Notes: generated from the sequence alone by a model not told the origin. A DNA stretch of 64,000 nucleotides from an uncultured Candidatus Nemicrothrix sp. (GCA_964344855.1 CAYFOV010000009.1:28235-92234), one strand, 5' to 3'. Numbered from the stretch's first letter, positions 29,579 to 41,040 are shown. Made by a program: numbers and translations.

Positions 29579-31873
29579 GTGAACACGGGAGCGGACATGC
29601 CACAGAACGTGACGGTCCCCGGCCAGGGGGGCACATCCATACTCGGCAACGCCGTCCTGCGGCGCGAGGACGACGGCCTCCTGCGGGGCCGGGGCCGCTA
29701 CGTGGGCAACGTCGAGCTGCCCGGGGCCCTGCACGCCCACTTCGTGCGCTCGACCGTCGCCCACGGCGAGGTCCTCGGCGTCGACGTAGACGAGGCACGG
29801 ACCATGCCGGGGGTGGTGGCCGTCTACACCGCAGCCGACCTCGGCCTCGGGGACCGCCCGCCCCCCATGGGCTTCTACCCCGGCGAGATGGCCAGGCCGT
29901 ACCTGGCCCGCGACCGGGTCCGCTTCGTGGGTGAGCCGGTCGCCGTGGTCGTGGCCGAGACCGCCTACCAGGCCGCCGACGCCGCCGAGGCCGTGTGGGC
30001 CGACATCGACCCCCTGCCCGCCGTGGTCGACCTGGACGACGCCCTCGCCGGTGGGACCCTCCTCTTCCCGGACCTGGGCCACAACCTGAGCTGGGAGCTG
30101 CCGGCCGGCGACCGGGTCGACTTCTCCGGGTGCGAGGCGGTCATCCAGGCCGAGATCGTGAACACCAGGGTGGCCCCGGTCTCCATAGAGCCCCGCGTCG
30201 CCGCAGCCAGGTTCGAGGACGGCCGGCTGACGTGTTGGGCCAGTTCCCAGGGCGGCCACGACTTCAGGAACGACGTCGCCAAGGCCCTGGAGTTGGATGC
30301 GTCAGACGTGCGCGTCCTGGTCGGTGACATAGGCGGGGGCTTCGGCGCCAAGGGCATGGTCTCCGAGGAGGAGATCGTCGTCGCCCAGCTGGCGCGGCTG
30401 CTGGAGCGTCCTGTCAGGTGGGCCGAGAGCCGGACCGAGAACCTGACCGGCTACGTGCACGGCCGTGCCCAGCGGCAGAGGGTGACCATGGGCGGCACCC
30501 GCGACGGCCGGATCACCGCCTACCGGCTGGAGGTGGACCAGGACTGCGGTGCCTACCCCAAGTGGGGCCCGTTCCTGCCCGAGTTCACGAGGCAACTGGC
30601 CTGCGGGGTCTACGACATTGCCGAGGTGGAGTTCTCGTCCCGGTCCGTCGCCACCACCACCGCCCCCACCTGCGCCTACCGGGGGGCCGGGCGCCCCGAG
30701 GCCACGGCGGCCATCGAGAGGGCGGTCGACATGTTCGCCGCCGAGATCGGCATGGACCCGGTGGAGGTGCGGCGCCGGAACCTGATCCCGCCGGAGGCCT
30801 TCCCCTTCACCACCCGCACGGGAACCTCCTACGACTCCGGCGAGTACGAGGCGGCCCTCGACGCCGCCCTGGAGGCCGCCGACTACCCGGCCCTGCGGGC
30901 CGAGCAGCAGGGTCGCCGGGATGCCGCTGAGCGCGTCCAGACGGGCATAGGCGTGAGCACCTACGTCGAGATAACCGGCTTCGGGGGCAGCGAGTACGGC
31001 GAGGTCAGGCTGCGGCCCGACGGCACGGTGCTGGCCACGACCGGGTCGACCCCGATCGGCACGGGCCACGTCACCACCTGGGCGATGCTCGTGGCCGACC
31101 GCCTGGGGATGCCCATGGAGCGGGTCGAGGTGCTCCACGGTGACACCGACGCCGTGCCGTCCGGCGAGACGACCGGCGGATCCCGGTCGGTGCAGCTGGC
31201 CGGCTCGGCCATGGCCGACGCATCCGAGAAGCTGGTCGAGGTAGCCCGCCAGGCAGCTGCCGACCAGCTGGAGGCCGCCGTGGCCGACGTGGTGCTGGAC
31301 CGCGGTGCCGGCGCCTTCCACGTGGCCGGAACGCCGGCCCTGTCGCGCTCGTGGGCGGACCTGGCCACCACAGCCGACGAGCCGCTGACGGGGCTCTCCG
31401 ACTTCGAACAGGTCGGGGCAACCTTCCCCTTCGGCACCCACATAGCCGTGGTCGACGTCGACACCGAGACGGGCCAAGTGGCCATCAGGCGGATCGTGGC
31501 GGTTGATGACGCCGGCACCCTCGTGAACCCCCTGCTGGCCGCCGGCCAGATCCACGGCGGCCTGGCCCAGGGGGTGGCCCAGGCCCTCATGGAGGAGTTC
31601 CGCTACGACGAGGACGGCAACCCCCAGACCACCAACCTGGCCGACTACACGGCGGTGTCGGCCATGGAGGTGCCCAGCTACGAGAGGTCCTTCACCCAGA
31701 CCCCGTCCCCACGCAACCCCCTGGGGGCCAAGGGCATAGGCGAGTCGGGCAGCATCGGTTCCACCGCGGCCGTGCAGAGTGCGGTGGTCGACGCCGTCTC
31801 GCACCTGGGAATCGGGCACATTGACATGCCGCTGACCCCTGAGAGGGTCTGGCAGGCCATCAGGTCCGCCTGA
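29579..31873 (+). CDS. Xanthine dehydrogenase family molybdopterin-binding large subunit, form II CoxL-like (AYRGAGR), with no adjacent small or medium subunit
   Basis: 764 aa ([19 protein letters not shown].., [20 protein letters not shown] at 30674-30694). ATG 29597 is an alternative start. Confidence 0.75.
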   Translation: MNTGADMPQNVTVPGQGGTSILGNAVLRREDDGLLRGRGRYVGNVELPGALHAHFVRSTVAHGEVLGVDVDEARTMPGVVAVYTAADLGLGDRPPPMGFYPGEMARPYLARDRVRFVGEPVAVVVAETAYQAADAAEAVWADIDPLPAVVDLDDALAGGTLLFPDLGHNLSWELPAGDRVDFSGCEAVIQAEIVNTRVAPVSIEPRVAAARFEDGRLTCWASSQGGHDFRNDVAKALELDASDVRVLVGDIGGGFGAKGMVSEEEIVVAQLARLLERPVRWAESRTENLTGYVHGRAQRQRVTMGGTRDGRITAYRLEVDQDCGAYPKWGPFLPEFTRQLACGVYDIAEVEFSSRSVATTTAPTCAYRGAGRPEATAAIERAVDMFAAEIGMDPVEVRRRNLIPPEAFPFTTRTGTSYDSGEYEAALDAALEAADYPALRAEQQGRRDAAERVQTGIGVSTYVEITGFGGSEYGEVRLRPDGTVLATTGSTPIGTGHVTTWAMLVADRLGMPMERVEVLHGDTDAVPSGETTGGSRSVQLAGSAMADASEKLVEVARQAAADQLEAAVADVVLDRGAGAFHVAGTPALSRSWADLATTADEPLTGLSDFEQVGATFPFGTHIAVVDVDTETGQVAIRRIVAVDDAGTLVNPLLAAGQIHGGLAQGVAQALMEEFRYDEDGNPQTTNLADYTAVSAMEVPSYERSFTQTPSPRNPLGAKGIGESGSIGSTAAVQSAVVDAVSHLGIGHIDMPLTPERVWQAIRSA

Positions 31874-31915
31874 CCCCGCCGCCTGCCGTCGTGGCCTCCC
31901 GGGACTCCTGAGCCG

Positions 31916-33847
<1,932 letters not shown>

Positions 33848-33855
<8 letters not shown>

Positions 33856-34876
33856 GCCGCCCGAGGCGTCCGGCCCCGGGGTCCTGGAGCGGGCCCGGCG
33901 GCTGGTGGAGCCGGCCATGCTGGAGGCGGTGGGGGGCCTCTGCCCCGAGTTGGGCCTGCCGGCCATGTACCACATGGGCTGGGTCGAGGCCGACGGTTCG
34001 GCCTCCGCCGCAGGGGCGGGCAAGGGCCTGCGGCCGGCCCTGGCGGTGCTCTCGGCCGAGGCCGTGGGGGCCGGTGCCGGGGTGGCAGTTCCCGGAGCGG
34101 TGGCGGTCGAGCTGGTGCACAACTTCTCGCTGGTCCACGACGACATCATCGACGGCGACACCGAGCGGAGGCACAGGCCGACGGTCTGGGCGACCTTCGG
34201 CTTGGATGACGCAGTCATAGCCGGCGACGCCCTGCACAACCTGGCCTTCCAGGTGCTGCTGGCCGCGCCCACCCCTGAACGGGTCGCGGCCACGCAGCGG
34301 CTGGTGGCCACCACGTCGGCGATGCTGGCCGGCCAGGCGGCCGACATGGCCTTCGACGACATGGACTCGGTGAGCGTGGGCGACTGCCTTGCCATGGAGG
34401 CCGACAAGACCGGAGCGCTGCTCGGCTGTGCCGCCTCCATCGGAGCGGAGCTGGCTGGGGCGGACCCCGGGACCGTCGGGGCCCTGGACCGCTTCGGCAG
34501 CGAGCTGGGCCTGGCCTTCCAGGCCGTCGACGACGTGCTCGGCATCTGGGGTGATCCCGCCGTCACCGGAAAGGCCGCCGGCAACGACCTGAGGGAGCGC
34601 AAGAAGTCGATGCCGGTGACCATGGTGCTGGCGGGCGATCCGGGACCGGCGGCGGAGTTGAGGGCCATCTACGAGGGGCCCGACGACCTCACAGAGGCCG
34701 AGGTGGCCCGTGCAGCCGACCTGGTGCTGGAGGCCGGCGGGCGTGAGCGCACCGAAGCGGAGGCGGCGGCCCGGTTGGAGGCGGCCCTGGCGGCACTGGC
34801 ACCGCTGGACCTGGCGCCGGGGCCGGCCGGGGAGCTGGTTGAGCTGGCGCGCTACGTGGTCGAGCGGAAGGCCTGA
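33848..34876 (+). CDS. Polyprenyl diphosphate synthase (geranylgeranyl/farnesyl-PP synthase family)
   Basis: First and second Asp-rich motifs (LVHDDIIDGD; FQAVDDVLGIWGD). Overlaps the upstream gene by 8 nt. Confidence 0.8.
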
Positions 34877-34949
34877 CCGGCGGGCCGCAGGGGCGGGTCC
34901 GGCCGTCGCGGTCGAACACGCCCCCCGCATCCCCGGCCGGGTGTTCCTG

Positions 34950-37496
34950 CTAGAGCCGGTGGATCGACCCCAGGCGGACTACCGCCCTGCCCTCCTCGCG
35001 TGACGCAGCCAGGTCCACCAGGCCCTCCAGCACCCACTCGTTGAAGCCCTCCGGGTCGGCGATGGTCTGGGTGACCGGCCAGGCCTCGTCCCCGGAATCG
35101 TCCAGCACGAAGAAGCCGCCGCCCCGGGCGTGGGTGTCGGTGGGCATCGTGGCGTGGTCGGCCCAGTAGGGGTCGATGGCCTCCCTTATGGCCTCGGGCG
35201 TCCACCGGCCCTCGACGGCGGGAACGCCGGCCAGGTCCTCGGTGGCCTCCCCACTGCGCCTTGCCAGGAGTTGCACCCACCGGAACACCTCGTTGCGCAC
35301 CATTACGCGGAACGCCCTGGTCGAGGTGGTCACGTCGGGCCGCCCGGGCGGCTCCTCCCCGGCGGCTTCGGCCCCGGTGGCGTCGGGCTGGAGGAGCCTC
35401 TCCCACTCGTCTATGAGGCTGGAGTCCACCTGCCTGACCGTCTCGCCCAGCCACGCCTCCAGGTCCAGCAGCGCATCGGTCTTGTGGTCCCCCGGCACGT
35501 TCTGGACAAGCGCCCTGTAGGCCTGGGTCAGGTACCGCAGCACCACGCCCTCTGAGCGCTTCAGGCCGTGGTGCTCGACGTACTGCCTGAAGTCGTAGCC
35601 CAACTCGTGCATCTCGCGTGCCACCGACTTGGGTCGGACGTTCTCCGTACCGACCCACGGGTGGTGGGCCCTGAACACGTCGAAGGTGCCGTAGAGGAAG
35701 TCGGCCAGCGGACGCGGCGGTCGTACCTCGGCCAGGCGCTCCATGCGCTCCTCGTACTCGACACCCTCCATCTTGAGCCGGTTCACCAGCTCGCCCCTCA
35801 GCCGGTTCACCTGGGCGGCCAGGATCACGCCGGGATTCTCCAGGACCGACTCCACGACCGACAGCACGTCCAGGGCGTGCTCCTCGGGGGAACGGTCGGA
35901 TGAATCGTCGGCCAGTTCCGGGATGACCTCCACGGCGAACAGGGACAGCGGCTGGTGCAGGGCGAAGTCGTCCTGTAGGTCCACCCCCACGCGCACGAGG
36001 CGCCCGTCCCCGTCGGGCTGGTCCAGCTCCTCGACAATCCCGGCGTCGCGCAGCGACCGGTAGACGGCGACCGCCCTGCGCACGTGGCGCCGCTGGCGCC
36101 TACGGGGCTCGTGGTTGTCGAGCAGCAGCCGCTTGAGGTCGGCCCCTCCGTTGCCGGGCCGGGAGAGCACATTGAGGACCATCTGGTGGGTCACGTCGAA
36201 GCTGGAGTCGAGTGGCTCGGCCGCTCCGGCGACCATCCTGTCGAAGGTCTCCTCGTTCCAGTGGGCGTAACCCCGCTCGGGTGGCTTCCTCCTGACCAGC
36301 TTCTTCCTCCTGGAGGGGTCGGCTGCCGCCTTGGCCTCCGCCCTCCGGTTCTCGATCCAGTGGGCCGGGGCCTGGGCCCAGACGTGGCCCTCCTCGTCGA
36401 AGCCCCGCCGGCCCGCCCTGCCGGCGACCTGCTGGAACTCGCGGTTGGAGAGCAGCCGGGTGTCGGAGCCGTCGAACTTGCAGAGCTGTGTGAGCAGCAC
36501 CGTGCGGATGGGGACGTTCACACCCACCCCGAGGGTGTCCGTTCCGCAGATCAGCCTCAGCAGGCCGGCCTGGGCCAGCTTCTCGACTAGCAGCCGGTAG
36601 CGGGGGAGCAGGCCGGCGTGGTGCAGGCCGATCCCGTGCCCTATGAAGCGGCGCAGGTCCTTCCCGATCGGGGTGTCGAACCTGAAGCCGCCCACGGCCT
36701 CGCGGATGGCTGCCTTCTCATCCCTCGTGACCACGTCCAGGCTGCACAGGTCCTGGGCCTTCTCAGCCGCCTCCTTCTGGGTGAAGTGGACGATGTAGAC
36801 GGGGGCCCTGTCGGTGTCGACCAGCTCGGTGATGGACTCGTGCAGGGGGGTCTCCCGGTACTCGAACGTGAGGGGGACGGGCCGTTCGGAGCCGGCCACG
36901 GTGACCGCCGGCCGCCCGGTTCGGCGGGCCAGGTCCTCCTCGAAGCGTGCGGTCGGGCCGAGCGTGGCCGACATCAGGAGGAACTGTGCCCGGGGCAGCT
37001 CCAGCAGGGGCACCTGCCATGCCCAGCCGCGCTGTGGGTCGGCGTAGTAGTGGAACTCGTCGGCGACGACCAGGCCCACGTCGCAGGCGGCGCCCTCCCG
37101 CAGTGCCCTGTGGGCCAGGATCTCGGCGGTGCAGGCGATGATGGGAGCGCCGGGGTTGACCGACGCGTCCCCGGTGACCATGCCCACGTTCTGCGAGCCG
37201 AAGTCGGCCGCCAGGGCGAAGAACTTCTCGCTGACCAGGGCCTTGATGGGGGCCGTGTACACGCTGCGCAGGCCCTGGGAGAGAGCCGAGGCGTGGGCCG
37301 CGGTGGCGACCAGGGACTTGCCCGAGCCGGTGGGGGTGGCCAGGATCACGTGGTTGCCGGCCAGCAGCTCCAGGATGGCCTCCTCCTGGGCCGGGTAGAG
37401 GTCAAGGCCCCGGCCGGCCGCCCACCCCACGAAGCCGTCGAGCAGCTCGTCGGGACCGGTGGCGGCCTGCAGCAGCCCCGCCAGGTCGCCGCTCAT
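34950..37496 (-). CDS. DEAD/DEAH-box helicase with a long C-terminal domain (actinobacterial DUF3516-type)
   Basis: ATPTGSGKS (motif I), VVADEFHY (motif II), MSATLG (motif III) and HHAGLLP. About 848 aa. ATG 37496 overlaps the tag stop (ATGA). Confidence 0.75.
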   Translation of the reverse strand: MSGDLAGLLQAATGPDELLDGFVGWAAGRGLDLYPAQEEAILELLAGNHVILATPTGSGKSLVATAAHASALSQGLRSVYTAPIKALVSEKFFALAADFGSQNVGMVTGDASVNPGAPIIACTAEILAHRALREGAACDVGLVVADEFHYYADPQRGWAWQVPLLELPRAQFLLMSATLGPTARFEEDLARRTGRPAVTVAGSERPVPLTFEYRETPLHESITELVDTDRAPVYIVHFTQKEAAEKAQDLCSLDVVTRDEKAAIREAVGGFRFDTPIGKDLRRFIGHGIGLHHAGLLPRYRLLVEKLAQAGLLRLICGTDTLGVGVNVPIRTVLLTQLCKFDGSDTRLLSNREFQQVAGRAGRRGFDEEGHVWAQAPAHWIENRRAEAKAAADPSRRKKLVRRKPPERGYAHWNEETFDRMVAGAAEPLDSSFDVTHQMVLNVLSRPGNGGADLKRLLLDNHEPRRRQRRHVRRAVAVYRSLRDAGIVEELDQPDGDGRLVRVGVDLQDDFALHQPLSLFAVEVIPELADDSSDRSPEEHALDVLSVVESVLENPGVILAAQVNRLRGELVNRLKMEGVEYEERMERLAEVRPPRPLADFLYGTFDVFRAHHPWVGTENVRPKSVAREMHELGYDFRQYVEHHGLKRSEGVVLRYLTQAYRALVQNVPGDHKTDALLDLEAWLGETVRQVDSSLIDEWERLLQPDATGAEAAGEEPPGRPDVTTSTRAFRVMVRNEVFRWVQLLARRSGEATEDLAGVPAVEGRWTPEAIREAIDPYWADHATMPTDTHARGGGFFVLDDSGDEAWPVTQTIADPEGFNEWVLEGLVDLAASREEGRAVVRLGSIHRL

Positions 37497-38110
37497 CGGC
37501 CGGGGCGGACCAGCTCCGCCCGCTCGGCCTCCACTACTCCATGGAATGCACACCCCGGCAGGTGGTCGTTGACCATGCCCATGGCCTGCATGAGGGCGTA
37601 CACGGTCGTGGGACCCACGAAGGTCCAGCCGCGCCGCTTCATGTCGCGGCTGAGGGCCGTCGACTCCGGGGTGTGGGCCGGGATGGGCTCGTCGGCCCGG
37701 CGGCCGGACCCGGTCGGCTCCCACGACCAGAGGTAGGAGGCCAGCGAGCCGAACTCGTCGGCCACCTCCCCGGCCCTGGCAGCGTTGTTGACGACGGACC
37801 GGATCTTGCCGGCGTGGCGCACGATCCGGGCATCGCCCAGCAGCCCCTCCACGTCGTCGGGGCCGAAGCCGGCCACCGCCACCGGGTCGAAGCCGGCGAA
37901 GGCCTCCCTGAACGCCTCCCGCTTGCGCAGGATGGTCAGCCAGGAGAGGCCCGCCTGGAACCCCTCCAGGCAGACCTTCTCGAAGAGCCGCCTGTCGTCA
38001 ACGACCGGACGCCCCCACTCATGGTCGTGGTAGGCGGTGTAGTCGGCGTGCCCACCCGGCCACCAGCACCGCGACACGCCGTCGGCGCCGGTGGTGACGC
38101 CACCGGTCAT
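37493..38110 (-). CDS. tag: DNA-3-methyladenine glycosylase I
   Basis: RCWWPG..YHDHEWGRPV.DDR.LFE..CLEGFQAGLSWLTILRKREAFR and the C-terminal ..CAFH zinc site. Start at ATG 38110. Confidence 0.85.
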   Translation of the reverse strand: MTGGVTTGADGVSRCWWPGGHADYTAYHDHEWGRPVVDDRRLFEKVCLEGFQAGLSWLTILRKREAFREAFAGFDPVAVAGFGPDDVEGLLGDARIVRHAGKIRSVVNNAARAGEVADEFGSLASYLWSWEPTGSGRRADEPIPAHTPESTALSRDMKRRGWTFVGPTTVYALMQAMGMVNDHLPGCAFHGVVEAERAELVRPGR

Positions 38111-38194
38111 GGCGCGCTCTGCCGGGTTCGGGCCTCCACGGGGGGTGACGTTACGCTCCGTCGGCCCACACGCAGAGCCCGGGAGGACACCCCC

Positions 38195-38497
38195 ATGATC
38201 GTCATCGCAGGCAGGGTCACGATCGACCCCGACAAGGCTGGGGAGGCGGTGGAGGCCATGGTGCCCATGGTCGAGGCCACCCTCGAAGAGGACGGCTGCA
38301 TCGACTACGTGCTGAGCATGGATCCGGTACAGCCGGGCCTCATCCGGATCTTCGAGAAGTGGGAGGACGACGACTCCCTCACGGCCCACATCAGGTCGGA
38401 GCACATGGCCGAGTACCTGGGGAGGATGGCCGGGTTCGGCGTGACCGAGCGGCTGGTCGAACGCTTCGACGGCGCCACGGTGTCGAGGCTGATGTGA
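38195..38497 (+). CDS. Antibiotic-biosynthesis-monooxygenase (ABM) domain protein / putative quinol monooxygenase
   Basis: 100 aa (IVIAGRVTIDPDK.., C.DY.LS.D......IRIFEKWEDDDSLTAHIRSEHM). GGGAGGA lies upstream of ATG 38195. Confidence 0.65.
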   Translation: MIVIAGRVTIDPDKAGEAVEAMVPMVEATLEEDGCIDYVLSMDPVQPGLIRIFEKWEDDDSLTAHIRSEHMAEYLGRMAGFGVTERLVERFDGATVSRLM

Positions 38498-38534
38498 GCG
38501 GGCTGGTGTGAGCGGGCTGGTGTGAGCCGGGCGG
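38493..38534. repeat. 14-bp tandem repeat x3 (TGTGAGCGGGCTGG) starting at the ABM gene stop
   Basis: Units at 38493, 38507 and 38521. Each contains TGA, and the 14-nt period places a stop in all three plus-strand frames. Confidence 0.8.
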
Positions 38535-38560
38535 CCTGAACTGGCTGGTGTGGCCTGTAC

Positions 38561-39592
38561 TCAGGCCAGGGTGCCCTGGGGCAGGCCGTCCACGACCTGG
38601 TCCAGGTACTCGGACAGGCCCCAGCCGACGTGGCCGTCGCAGGTGAACCTGGTCAGGCCCTCGGTTATGCGTGTCAGCAGGTCGTCCCCCTCGGGTGTGG
38701 TGCGCCGGTTCCGCAGCGGTATGAGCGACCTGACCTCGCCCGACACCTCGTAGGTGCGCTCGTCGGTGGTCACGGTGGCCACCAGGCCCGTCTGGTACCA
38801 GGCGTCGTCCCAGGCGGTGTCGATCGAGACCCCGGTTATCTCGTGGTACCGGTCGCCGTGCAGCACCATGCCGCCCGGTCGGGCGTTCACGCCGTCGCGG
38901 CTGACCAGCGAGACGACCATGGCGAAGTCCTCGTCGAACACCAGCGGCAGCCACCTGTACCAGGCCACCGCCTGCCAGTACCGGGGCCCCCACGACTTGT
39001 CCCGCAGGCCCAGGCCCTCCACCTCGAAGCGCTTCCCGTCGACCTGGATGTGCCCCGTGGCCGCCATGTGCTGCTCGTAGTGGGCCTTGGCGAACGACCG
39101 GGCCGCCTCCTGGCGGGGCTCCTCGCCTGTCACTGCGTCGACCGGGCGGCCCCCCAGCATCGGCGAGATGCCCCTGTAGGCCAGGTCCACGCTGCACGGG
39201 ACGATCGGGTTGGTGCTGAAGGCCAGCTTCGGCTCGGCCATGTCCGCCGGCCTTTCCATCAGGCACAGCGACCCGTCGTAGCGCACCCGGAGGTGCCTGA
39301 AGGGCTCCTCCACGTCGAAGCGCATCCCGCCGGCGTCGAACGCCTCGTTGGTCGAGATGGTTGGCCGCTGGAACATGAATCCGACCCGGCCGTCGGGCAG
39401 GTAGACGCAGCACGACATCTCGGCGTAGCCCTCGTTCACCCGGTTTCCGAGGCGGAACCAACCCGCCACCAGGGAGTCGTGGTCCACGACGTTGAAGTAC
39501 ATGGACTCGTTGAAGTTCACTGCGGCGTCGGGCTCGTGGTTGTACTCGTCGCCGGGTTCGAGCACGAGCCGGATGCCTTCCTCACCTGCCAT
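38561..39592 (-). CDS. Conserved hypothetical protein (beta-rich; no confident family)
   Basis: 343 aa high-GC3 ORF from ATG 39592 (MAGEEGIRLVLEPGDEYNHEPDAAVNFNESMYFNVVD..). The upstream part of the 510-aa track ORF is Pro/Arg-rich and looks non-coding. Confidence 0.55.
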   Translation of the reverse strand: MAGEEGIRLVLEPGDEYNHEPDAAVNFNESMYFNVVDHDSLVAGWFRLGNRVNEGYAEMSCCVYLPDGRVGFMFQRPTISTNEAFDAGGMRFDVEEPFRHLRVRYDGSLCLMERPADMAEPKLAFSTNPIVPCSVDLAYRGISPMLGGRPVDAVTGEEPRQEAARSFAKAHYEQHMAATGHIQVDGKRFEVEGLGLRDKSWGPRYWQAVAWYRWLPLVFDEDFAMVVSLVSRDGVNARPGGMVLHGDRYHEITGVSIDTAWDDAWYQTGLVATVTTDERTYEVSGEVRSLIPLRNRRTTPEGDDLLTRITEGLTRFTCDGHVGWGLSEYLDQVVDGLPQGTLA

Positions 39593-39611
39593 GGGCCTCA
39601 CCTGCCATGGG
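39580..39611. repeat. Perfect 16-bp tandem duplication CCTCACCTGCCATGGG x2 spanning the start codon of the 38561..39592 gene
   Basis: Read directly. The second copy creates an out-of-frame upstream ATG (39608, minus strand). That ATG opens an 8-codon uORF, MAGEAHGR*, which overlaps the main ATG. Confidence 0.85.
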
Positions 39612-39666
39612 GGCGAGTGTGGCACGCCGCTGGCGGCGGTGGCGGGCCGGGTGGGAGGCTGGGTCC

Positions 39667-41040
39667 ATGCGCAGGGTCGCGGTGCTGGTCGTCCCGCTCC
39701 TCCTGTGGGGCTGTGCGGGAGGGGATGCTCCAACTGCCGGCGGGGCACCGACCACCGCGCCGCCCGCCACGTCGGGCACACCGTCCGGGGATGCTCCGAC
39801 TGTGGGCGGGGCACCGACCACCGCGCCGCCCGCCACGGCGGGCACGCCGTCCGGGGATGCTCCGACCGCGGGCGAGGCCCCGGCCAGCGCCCAGACGGCC
39901 GCGGGCACGCCGTTCGACGCCGGAGCGGAGGCCCCTGCCACCACGGCAGCAACCGCGGTGGCCCCGGCTGCAGCCGCGGAGCCGCCGCCCACCGCCCCCA
40001 CGGTGCCGGCCGCCACGACGGAATCCCAGCCGGCCGCCACGACGGTCCCGGTCCCGGTTCCGACAACCGACCCCACGACCACCACGGCGCCACTGGTGAC
40101 GGGGGCCGCTGCCGCCTTCTCGCCGGACCACCTGATGGTGGGCCCCGGCTCCTTCTTCGAGTCGGCCGACGACCCCCGCCTCGTGGCGGCCCCGGAGGCG
40201 ACCTGGCTGGAACCCGACGACGTGGTGCTGGGGGTCCTCCAGGGCGGTGAGGCGGTGGCGTTCCCCGTCGACCAGATGGCCTACCACCACATCGCCAACA
40301 CCAGCGTCGCCGGCGAGCCCTGGCTGGTCACCTACTGAGTGGTCTGCTCCAGCGGGGTCGGTTTCGACCCCGTCATCGACGGCACCAGGTACACCTTCGA
40401 CGTGGCCGGCCTCTACAACGGCCTGTTCGTGATGAGCGACCGCCAGACCGGCTCTGTGTGGACCCACTACGACGGCACGATCCTGACCGGGCCGCTGGCA
40501 GGGACGGGGGCGGCCCTCACGGTCAGGCCGCTCCACCACCGGCGCTGGTCAGGCTGGCTGGCCGACCACCCGGAGACCAGCGTGCTGGCCCGGGAGGAGC
40601 GCTACGAGGACCGCTACTGGGAGACGACTCCGGGCCAGCCGGGCCTGGGCCGTGAGTTCCTGGACACGCTCGTCTCGCTCGACACCCGCCTGCCCGAGAA
40701 CGAGCTGGTGCTCGGCGTCGACACCGGCACGGGCTCCAGGGCCTACCGCCTTGCGGGTGCCGACGGGCCCACCGTGGTGGCCGACGTACTGGGCGGCCTC
40801 CCGGTCATAGCCGTTCTGGACCCCGACTCTGTGTTCGGGATCGCCTTCGAGGCGACCGTCGACGGCGAGGTGCGGTCCTTCCAGCCGACCGAGGGCGGCC
40901 TCGTGGACGACCTGGGCGGCAGCTGGGGCCTGGACGGATCCGGAACCGGCGGCCGCAGCCTAAGGTTCGTGACCAGCTTCGTGACCGAGTGGTACGGCTG
41001 GGCCGCCTACCACCCCGACACCGGGATCTGGCCTGGCTGA
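39667..41040 (+). CDS. Lipoprotein with a Pro/Thr/Ala-rich linker and a DUF3179 domain; in-frame TGA 40336-40338 read as selenocysteine (U-V-V-C in place of the family CxxC)
   Basis: ORFs 39607..40338 and 40339..41040 are contiguous in one frame. The junction reads GEPWLVTY-U-VVCSSGVGFDP. DUF3179-like blocks lie on both sides of the TGA. Signal peptide and lipobox MRRVAVLVVPLLLWGC. A hairpin with a GUUU loop starts 15 nt downstream. Confidence 0.7.
39721..39880 (+). repeat. 66-bp in-frame tandem repeat (about 2.4 copies) encoding GDAPT.GGAPTTAPPAT.GTPS in the lipoprotein linker
   Basis: Units at 39721-39786 and 39787-39852 differ at only a few positions. A partial third copy follows. Confidence 0.85.
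40353..40372 (+). promoter_or_regulatory. SECIS-like hairpin C-GGGGUCG-GUUU-CGACCCC-G downstream of UGA 40336
   Basis: Perfect 8-bp GC-rich stem with a GUUU apical loop. The loop lies 23 nt after the UGA. Confidence 0.5.
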
